From contig JBAZRG010000002.1 of the NCBI GenBank assembly GCA_041663145.1, forward strand, positions 22,384 to 86,383: a stretch of DNA of 64,000 bases. The letters are read 5' to 3'. Of this stretch, positions 58,531-64,000 are shown one piece after another (positions within the stretch are counted from its first letter, which is position 1; each line of letters starts with the position of its first letter). The stretch is from Minisyncoccota bacterium (GTDB lineage: Bacteria; Patescibacteriota; Minisyncoccia; Phycocordibacterales; PALSA-1337). A program made the position numbers and the translations under genes. Below the pieces are notes generated by a model. That model worked only from the letters and a program-made list of their open reading frames with translations, was not told the origin of the DNA and did not search any database.

Positions 58531-59634
58531 TCACAAGAATCTTCTAACCAGCTTTATGAGTATTTCAGGTATTTTTTCCCAGAAAAATCGTGATTTCCAT
58601 TCATCTAGCGAAACTTCTTTTGATAGATTCATATCATGAACGAAATGCGAAGCCAATTCTTCGGTAAATCGAGTATTTGAAGTGATAATATTGGCTTCGA
58701 AATTGTAGAGAAGACTGGCATGGTCAAGATTTAGGGAGCCGACAGTCGACCATTTGTCATCTATGATTATTGATTTGCTATGGATCAGATTGCCGTCAAT
58801 ATTGGGATATAGAAATATTCGTGCTCCTGAAGACAGAAGTTGAGAGAAATATGATCGAGCGGCAAGATCCAAAGTAGGGTAGTGATCGGTTTTTTCTGGA
58901 ATTATGATACGAACATCGACACCACGCATGGCAGCTCGGCGTATAGAACGCAGTAGGCGATGAGTCGGCACGAAGTATGGTGAAGTCATGTATATGTACC
59001 GACGCGATTCACGAATTGATTTGACTATCTCTCGGTATATCATCTTTTGACCGGGAGCGGGAGAATTGGTGACATAAGCAAACTCTTTCTTTCTCACGCC
59101 AAGTCGTCGGTCGTAGATCTTCCGTGGAACGCGCTGACCTTGCGCTTTTTGCCACATCCGATCGAAAGCATCTTTCATATCACTTACCACGGCTCCTTCC
59201 ATTCGAACATTTGTGTCACGCCAGTTTTTCATGGCATCGGAGATACAAATACTGCCTGTATATCCTATTTTACCGTCAATAACTAGAGTACGGCGATGAT
59301 TTCGCAGATACCATGAACGTATGTCGGGGATTTTGAAATATGAAGGGATGAGAGTTTTCCAAAAGAGTAATTCTATACCCTTGCTTTTCAAGTCGTTAAT
59401 TATATCTGTTCCGAAAAAGCTGAAACTACCAGCGGCATCCCAAAGAAATCTGACTTTGACGCCTGCTTTGGCCCTTTCGACGCAGATATCGATGAGTTTT
59501 TGACCAAAGTCATCACTGACGAAGATGAATTGTTCGAGGACTATGCTCTTTTGAGCTTTGGAACAATCGGATAGTATTGCTTTCCAAGCTTCCTTGTTTA
59601 GAGCATAAAGATTCCAGGTATTTTCCATTAACAT
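58531..59634 (-). CDS. cls: Cardiolipin synthase / phospholipase D family (two HKD motifs)
   Basis: Second HKD is LIHSKSIIIDDKWSTVGSLNLD; the first HKD region is upstream. The start is taken at ATG 59634 (MLMENTWNLY). The longer ORF-track extension overlaps smpB. Confidence 0.7.
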   Translation of the reverse strand: MLMENTWNLYALNKEAWKAILSDCSKAQKSIVLEQFIFVSDDFGQKLIDICVERAKAGVKVRFLWDAAGSFSFFGTDIINDLKSKGIELLFWKTLIPSYFKIPDIRSWYLRNHRRTLVIDGKIGYTGSICISDAMKNWRDTNVRMEGAVVSDMKDAFDRMWQKAQGQRVPRKIYDRRLGVRKKEFAYVTNSPAPGQKMIYREIVKSIRESRRYIYMTSPYFVPTHRLLRSIRRAAMRGVDVRIIIPEKTDHYPTLDLAARSYFSQLLSSGARIFLYPNIDGNLIHSKSIIIDDKWSTVGSLNLDHASLLYNFEANIITSNTRFTEELASHFVHDMNLSKEVSLDEWKSRFFWEKIPEILIKLVRRFL

Positions 59635-59667
59635 ATAGACAAGTATATAATATGTTACGATATTTGT

Positions 59668-60114
59668 ATGCCAACATTGGTAGATAACAAAAAAGCCCAT
59701 TTCAATTACGAGATCATGGAAAAGATCGAAGCCGGTATCGAGCTTCTCGGTCATGAAGTGAAATCCGTAAAAAAGGGGCAAGGATCTCTAGATGGCGCTC
59801 ACATCATTATTCGTGGTGGCGAAGCTTTTGTGATCAACATGCTCATTTCGCCATATCAAGAAAAGAACACTCCTGCCGGTTACGAACCGCGTCGCAATCG
59901 AAGGTTGATAATGAATAGGAAAGAGATACAGAGACTGGCGGATATCGAAACTAACAATGGTTTGACAATCATACCGATTTCGGTTTATAATAAGGGTAAT
60001 CTCATCAAGGTTTCTGTCGCTCTGGCTCGTGGCAAAAGAAAGTACGATAAACGCGAGTCCATAAAGAAACGCGAAACTGACAGGACTGTGAGGAGGGAGT
60101 TTAGAGATCGTTGA
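59668..60114 (+). CDS. smpB: SsrA-binding protein SmpB
   Basis: KKAHFNYEIMEKIEAGIELLGHEVKSVKKGQGSLDGAHI... It lies immediately upstream of the tmRNA. Confidence 0.9.
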   Translation: MPTLVDNKKAHFNYEIMEKIEAGIELLGHEVKSVKKGQGSLDGAHIIIRGGEAFVINMLISPYQEKNTPAGYEPRRNRRLIMNRKEIQRLADIETNNGLTIIPISVYNKGNLIKVSVALARGKRKYDKRESIKKRETDRTVRREFRDR

Positions 60115-60195
60115 CATAGAAAAATTCGGTCAAAAATTTGTTTTCGTTTACACGAAAAAAATTTTCGACACGATTTTTCTTGGGAAAGAAAAATC

Positions 60196-60557
60196 GGGGA
60201 TGATCGGCATAGACAGTCTATGGTCTCCGTTCGTGCGGCGTGAGCACCGTTAACTCATAAATCTGACGGAAACTCTAAATGCTAAATCAACCGTTTCTCC
60301 GTATTTCGGAGCAAAGGACTTTAGTTTCGCTCTTGCTTAAAGAGCGCGTTCACCTCAGGGTATCCTAACCTGAGAATGGGCGTCATTATCTGGATGTAGG
60401 GCAGTGAAGTTTCTCGCTTCATTGTCTGAAATCATGAGATCGTGAATACGTGTTTTGTCTTCTTTCGAGCGTATTCATTAAACTTCAAAGAATTCTACCG
60501 CCGTAGAATCGTTCGGTTGATCTTGATTGCACCTGGGTTCGATTCCCAGCATCTCCA
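60196..60557 (+). ncRNA. ssrA: tmRNA (SsrA); the 3' CCA is not encoded
   Basis: The 5' GGGGAUGAUCGGCAUAGAC pairs with the 3' CAUCUCC plus the discriminator A. The T-arm is CUGGGUUCGAUUCCCAG (60531-60549). The internal tag reading frame is ...GCA AAG GAC TTT AGT TTC GCT CTT GCT TAA, giving ...AKDFSFALA*. It is adjacent to smpB. Confidence 0.8.
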
Positions 60558-60585
60558 CAAAAATAAGAAGCGTAGCGACTATATT

Positions 60586-60704
60586 TTTGTAGGATGCCGC
60601 CTGAAAGGCGGCACCACAAAAATCTAACCGCCGAAAGGCGGTTTTGATTTTTGTAGCCCTTCGCTGTGCTCAGGATCTTCGAGATGCCGACGCAGTGGCG
60701 TCGG
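60586..60704 (+). repeat. GC-rich cluster of hairpins downstream of ssrA (tandem ccgcc-gaaa-ggcgg stems; overlapping alternative stems)
   Basis: gccgcctgaaaggcggc (60586-60602); accgccgaaaggcggt followed by tttgattttt; gccgacgcagtggcgtcggc overlapping gtggcgtcggcgccac. The direct repeat atttttgtag (60574 and 60646) flanks the inverse ccacaaaaat. Confidence 0.5.
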
Positions 60705-60807
60705 CGCCACACTTTTATTCATCAAATTGCAGGTTTAATTGCATAGTGTTAGTCTACGGAAAGCGGTGTACGTTTTGTTCCCTCAACAATAAAAAGAAAG
60801 GTCAAAC

Positions 60808-61119
60808 ATGGAGACACTTCGTGTGAGTAAATCTGTTCTGCTACTCGTAGTCATATCATTCTTTGTGACCGTTATGTGTCTGTTCACAGGACTGATGTTT
60901 GAATTGACCCTCAATCCTTTGGTGGCTTTCCTTACAGCCACCATTATATGGGCTTCATACGGCTTGACAGCCTTCAAGTTTGCGGTGAATAATTTCAAGG
61001 CGTATCTGTGGCTTGATATGATTCTCGCGATAAGTTCACTCATATTTTTCATCTTATGCGGACCAGTCATGCTTTCGGTTATCGCAGTTATGGATGAGAA
61101 ACGAGACGGTCCGGAATGA
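60808..61119 (+). CDS. Small membrane protein of unknown function
   Basis: 103 aa with 3 TM helices. An RBS-like aaagaaagg lies upstream. Confidence 0.4.
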   Translation: METLRVSKSVLLLVVISFFVTVMCLFTGLMFELTLNPLVAFLTATIIWASYGLTAFKFAVNNFKAYLWLDMILAISSLIFFILCGPVMLSVIAVMDEKRDGPE

Positions 61120-61152
61120 ATCAACATGATTATCTCCTCAAGTTCTCAAATC

Positions 61153-61184
61153 ACCCTCCAAATGAAATACGGAGGGTTGTTTTT
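61153..61184 (+). terminator. Rho-independent terminator (ccctcc...ggaggg plus T-run)
   Basis: caccctccaaatgaaatacggagggttgtttttt. Confidence 0.7.
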
Positions 61185-61307
61185 TGACTTGTATTGGTAT
61201 TAAAAATGGGTGGGGTTATTCATCATCTTGCTTTCCTTAATATCATCTGTTAACTTTATAAAAGTTTATTGCAATAGAAACCGAAACCTTAACAATAGGA
61301 GTCTCAA

Positions 61308-61571
61308 ATGAAAAATAGAGAGGGCCGGAGACGTGACTTACAGGTACAACGAAGGTCTGCGCGGGAAACTAGGATGCTTCATCCTAAAGGTGGGAGTGAT
61401 TATGCCAGAAAGATTCGATTGAAGGGCAGAACTTTTGGCCAACCACAGGAGGTTGTGGTCGTGGGCTCTTGGGAGCAGAAGCCTTCGAGAGAAGATCTCG
61501 AAGAAGCCAGGCGCCGAGAAGATGTACGACGTTCCAACTTTCGTTTCTGTGGACTCAATCCGTGGTTGTGA
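61308..61571 (+). other. GC-rich island between two terminators: either an Arg-rich 87-aa protein with a strong SD or a structured ncRNA
   Basis: The RBS taggagtctcaaATG is strong. The local GC content is clearly higher than the genome. ORFs are open on both strands and there are many local hairpins. It is bounded by intrinsic terminators at 61153-61184 and 61594-61642. Confidence 0.3.
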
Positions 61572-61593
61572 TGTTGTAGATGTCTACATGAGA

Positions 61594-61642
61594 CCCTCAC
61601 GAGAAAGACCTTAAAAAGTCATTCTCGTGAGGGTTGTTTTTT
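61594..61642 (+). terminator. Rho-independent terminator (ccctcacgagaa...ttctcgtgaggg plus T-run)
   Basis: A 12-bp stem at 61594-61605 / 61623-61633, followed by ttgtttttt. Confidence 0.75.
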
Positions 61643-61709
61643 GATTGAGAGTTTTTTCTTATTTGCGATCATCTTACTCTCAGTCTAAAATTTGATGTAA
61701 AATAGACCC

Positions 61710-62384
61710 ATGAAAGCAGAATCAGTAAAGATAAACGATACATGGAAGATGGAATTGAAACAGGAATTCGAAAAGCCTTATTTCGATGAACTTTCCGGTT
61801 TTGTAAAAGACGAATATCTGAAACACAAAGTCTATCCGCCACCTAGAGAGATTTTCAAGGCATTCGAGATGTGTTCATTCGATGAAGTGAAAGTCGTCAT
61901 AATAGGACAAGACCCTTACCATGGCCACAGACAAGCCAATGGACTGTGTTTTGCTGTGAATGAAGATGTGGATTTACCACCTTCGCTCCGTAACATATTC
62001 AAGGAAATAAAAGATGATCTCAATGTGGAACCATGCGAAAATGGCGACCTTACTCGCTGGGCAAAGCAGGGTGTATTGTTATTGAATGCGACTCTAACAG
62101 TCAGAGCATCTTCGCCTGGTTCGCATCAGAAAAAAGGCTGGGAAGAGTTTACGGATGCTGTTATAAGAACGCTTTCGGAAAAGAGAGAAGGTCTAGTTTT
62201 TATTCTGTGGGGCAACTATGCGAAACAAAAGGGGACAGTAATAAATAGATCAAAGCATTTCATCATTGAGTCACCACATCCCTCACCATTTTCAGCGTAT
62301 AACGGATTCTTCGGTTCGAAGCCTTTTAGTAAGACAAATAAGTATCTCAAAGAGAACGGTTTGGGAGAGATAAATTGGGTGTGA
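61710..62384 (+). CDS. ung: Uracil-DNA glycosylase (family 1)
   Basis: GQDPYHG and the water-activating loop are present, with a C-terminal HPSPFS-type motif (SPHPSPFSA). Confidence 0.9.
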   Translation: MKAESVKINDTWKMELKQEFEKPYFDELSGFVKDEYLKHKVYPPPREIFKAFEMCSFDEVKVVIIGQDPYHGHRQANGLCFAVNEDVDLPPSLRNIFKEIKDDLNVEPCENGDLTRWAKQGVLLLNATLTVRASSPGSHQKKGWEEFTDAVIRTLSEKREGLVFILWGNYAKQKGTVINRSKHFIIESPHPSPFSAYNGFFGSKPFSKTNKYLKENGLGEINWV

Positions 62385-62463
62385 ATTTCGATTGACAGCA
62401 CTCTCAATATAATCTATCGTAATTGTGGAGTACTCCTTTTTAATAGAGGAGAGAAAGGAAAAG

Positions 62464-62637
62464 ATGAAAAGATCTTCTGATTTCCAAGTTCTGTTTATCG
62501 GAGTTGGAATCGTGACGTTGGTAATAGCTGTCGTCTTGGCGCTAACTGCAGTCAGGGCGAGTGGTAAGCATGCCATCGAACGAAAAGGACTGGTGTCAGT
62601 CCTTTTTTGTATATATCAATGGATTTTGAAGTTGTAA
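62464..62637 (+). CDS. Possible small single-TM protein (57 aa)
   Basis: The RBS ggagagaaaggaaaag precedes the ATG at 62464. A TM helix is present (VLFIGVGIVTLVIAVVLALTAV). The 3' end overlaps a terminator hairpin, so it may be spurious. Confidence 0.3.
   Translation: MKRSSDFQVLFIGVGIVTLVIAVVLALTAVRASGKHAIERKGLVSVLFCIYQWILKL
62583..62608. terminator. Bidirectional intrinsic terminator (A-run, aaaggactg / cagtccttt stem, T-run)
   Basis: aaaaggactggtgtcagtcctttttt lies about 55 nt downstream of the stop of the minus-strand gene 62662..63645. Confidence 0.65.
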
Positions 62638-62661
62638 TATCAAAGAGAACGCGTTTTCGTG

Positions 62662-63645
62662 TTATATGTATTTCCAACGCGTCTTTATATACTCCTCAGC
62701 TTCGCTCATGGAGAAAGGTTGTGTTGAGTTGCCAATTCGGACGAAAAATTCTTCTTTACCTTCCTGGTTGTGCAGATAGGCTGGTTTGTGACTCGGTTCA
62801 ACCATTACTATACAGGCTTCTTTTCCTTGGAAGAATTCAAATTTTGTACGAAAATAATTTGTGAACTTTATTCCGATCATCGTCTTTACGAGTAGACTCA
62901 GATGATTTTCGAGGCCGTCTCGGTTCTTTTTGGCCAGAGTATCATAATCGTTTTCTAGTCCGGTCACCACACCTTCATCATCAACTCCGATGATCAGAGT
63001 TCCACCTTCGGAATTCATAAATCCGGCGATGGTCTTCATTGCCGATCTTTCGACGTCCTTACTGACGGTTTTTTTACGGATGTCATATCGAAGTGTTTGT
63101 TTGAATTCCAAAAATAGACTCTCACCCTCCTTTATTAGCATCTGAAGACTCCTGTGTTGAAGTGCGGTTTTTGTTGTATTCGTTATCGTTTGTTTTATGA
63201 GTTCGGCATTCTCGGCAAAATTTGAAACATTTCGAATCTTTGTGACTCGACCGTTTTCGTGTTCGAGGATGATGGTCGCATGCTTCATGATACGATCAAA
63301 AGGGGATTGTTGTATCTCTACCGCGACAATTTGCCTCAATGATACGGATTTTTGTCTTCGAAATAAGAGACCAGAACGTCTGACAATCTCTCGTTCTCGT
63401 ATCTCAAAATGCTTCATATACCAGTCAAAGAATGTTGTTAGAATAAAAATAAGTTGGAATAATCCTGAAACCAAAATGAGAAAGTTATTGTACTCGATAA
63501 AATCGATAAGTCCGTACACCCTAAACAATTGTTCATAATTGGCCAGATACGATATACCTAGAAAGATCGCAGACGCTATGATCTCCATGAATAATATGTT
63601 CCTGAGAAAGACTACTGGACCTTCTTTGAGGATGATATGTTTCAT
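62662..63645 (-). CDS. Membrane protein with a bacterial PH (bPH_2/YdbT-like) domain and a C-terminal AlbA_2 (Schlafen-like) putative DNA-binding domain
   Basis: N-terminal TM helices; the bPH_2-like FEIREREIVRRSGLLFRRQKSVSLRQIVAVEIQQSPFDRIMKHATIILE; the AlbA_2 core TIAGFMNSEGGTLIIGVDDEGVVTGLEND. Confidence 0.5.
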   Translation of the reverse strand: MKHIILKEGPVVFLRNILFMEIIASAIFLGISYLANYEQLFRVYGLIDFIEYNNFLILVSGLFQLIFILTTFFDWYMKHFEIREREIVRRSGLLFRRQKSVSLRQIVAVEIQQSPFDRIMKHATIILEHENGRVTKIRNVSNFAENAELIKQTITNTTKTALQHRSLQMLIKEGESLFLEFKQTLRYDIRKKTVSKDVERSAMKTIAGFMNSEGGTLIIGVDDEGVVTGLENDYDTLAKKNRDGLENHLSLLVKTMIGIKFTNYFRTKFEFFQGKEACIVMVEPSHKPAYLHNQEGKEEFFVRIGNSTQPFSMSEAEEYIKTRWKYI

Positions 63646-63743
63646 AATTGAATGATAGCACAGGGTAATGAATCGTAAATGACTTTTTTCTTTCTTTTTG
63701 CCCGCATTTCTGTATAATCAGTTTAAACGGTTTTCCACGATAT

Positions 63744-64000
63744 ATGTCACAAGAGACCATACCAAAATCAAATAACAAGAAAAAGTCCGGAAGAAGAATG
63801 AAAGTATCACCAAAAATGGGTTTTTTGAATGTAATCGCGGTAGTTGTACTGATCTTTCTTCTCATCACTGGGGTCTATTCGCAATTTGCCACTGATAGAG
63901 CGTCGGTCGAAACAATTTCACTTTCGATATTGGCAAAGGATGTTCATGAAAATAAAGTCGCTTCTATCTCACTTTCGGGCAATAAGGCAAAGGCCACTTA
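63744..64000 (+). CDS. ftsH: Probable FtsH N-terminus (partial, runs off the window end)
   Basis: MSQETIPKSNNKKKSGRRMKVSPKMGFLNVIAVVVLIFLLITGVYSQF...ISLSILAKDVHENKVASISLSGNKAKAT resembles the FtsH N-terminal TM plus periplasmic domain. Confidence 0.35.
   Translation, partial: MSQETIPKSNNKKKSGRRMKVSPKMGFLNVIAVVVLIFLLITGVYSQFATDRASVETISLSILAKDVHENKVASISLSGNKAKAT

Noticed and set aside
59635-59781. N-terminal extension of the cls ORF overlapping smpB
   Set aside because: PLD homology starts at MLMENTWN (ATG 59634). The extension overlaps the smpB coding region on the opposite strand.
62391-62420. TTGACA ... TATAAT-like hexamers upstream of the 62464 small ORF
   Set aside because: The spacer between the best hexamers is only ~10 nt. 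Alternative -10 candidates are poor, so this is not a convincing promoter.
1-64000. CRISPR array, rRNA or tRNA genes
   Set aside because: No regularly spaced direct repeats with unique spacers were seen. The only tRNA-like T-arm motif (GGUUCGAUUCC) is the tmRNA at 60531-60549. No rRNA-like conserved stretches were found.

Overview
This is an AT-rich, gene-dense bacterial window whose content points to a reduced-genome CPR/Patescibacteria-like organism. The ribosomal-protein clusters are recognisable but rpmD (L30) is missing between rpsE and rplO, several r-proteins carry low-complexity extensions, and type IV pilus and competence genes are present. The backbone genes are: a type IV pilus module (pilB, pilC, three pilin-like genes), tpiA, pgk, recJ, rnhA, comEC, sodA, an rpmB-rpsL-rpsG-fusA block, tuf, the S10-spc-alpha ribosomal region through secY-adk-map-ndk, a minus-strand infC-rpmI-rplT operon, cls, the smpB+ssrA (tmRNA) pair, ung, and a partial ftsH N-terminus. 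The most notable feature is a complete diversity-generating retroelement (DGR) at about 270-3021. It comprises a target gene with a 119-bp variable repeat (VR, 996-1114), a template repeat (TR, 1482-1600), a divergently oriented avd, and a DGR-type reverse transcriptase. All 18 VR/TR differences fall on TR adenines. Immediately downstream is a tightly packed operon of an N6-adenine methyltransferase, a TM protein, a Bro-N/DinD-like protein and a GmrSD-like (DUF262+HNH) type IV restriction enzyme. Two families of long-stem hairpin elements with conserved loops and compensatory stem changes are present. Element A has copies at 3031-3185 and 44069-44220 plus a fragment at 221-234. Element B has copies at 14672-14782 and 28373-28472. 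Several other complex palindromic or pseudoknot-like intergenic structures also occur. The usual gene order is interrupted in three places. An orphan histidine kinase plus a MacAB-like efflux system lies between rplB and rpsS. A 6.6-kb block of four secreted or membrane proteins lies between fusA and tuf. A small secreted-protein gene with its own terminator and promoter lies between rplE and rpsZ. No CRISPR array and no tRNA gene (other than the tmRNA tRNA-like domain) were recognised by eye.
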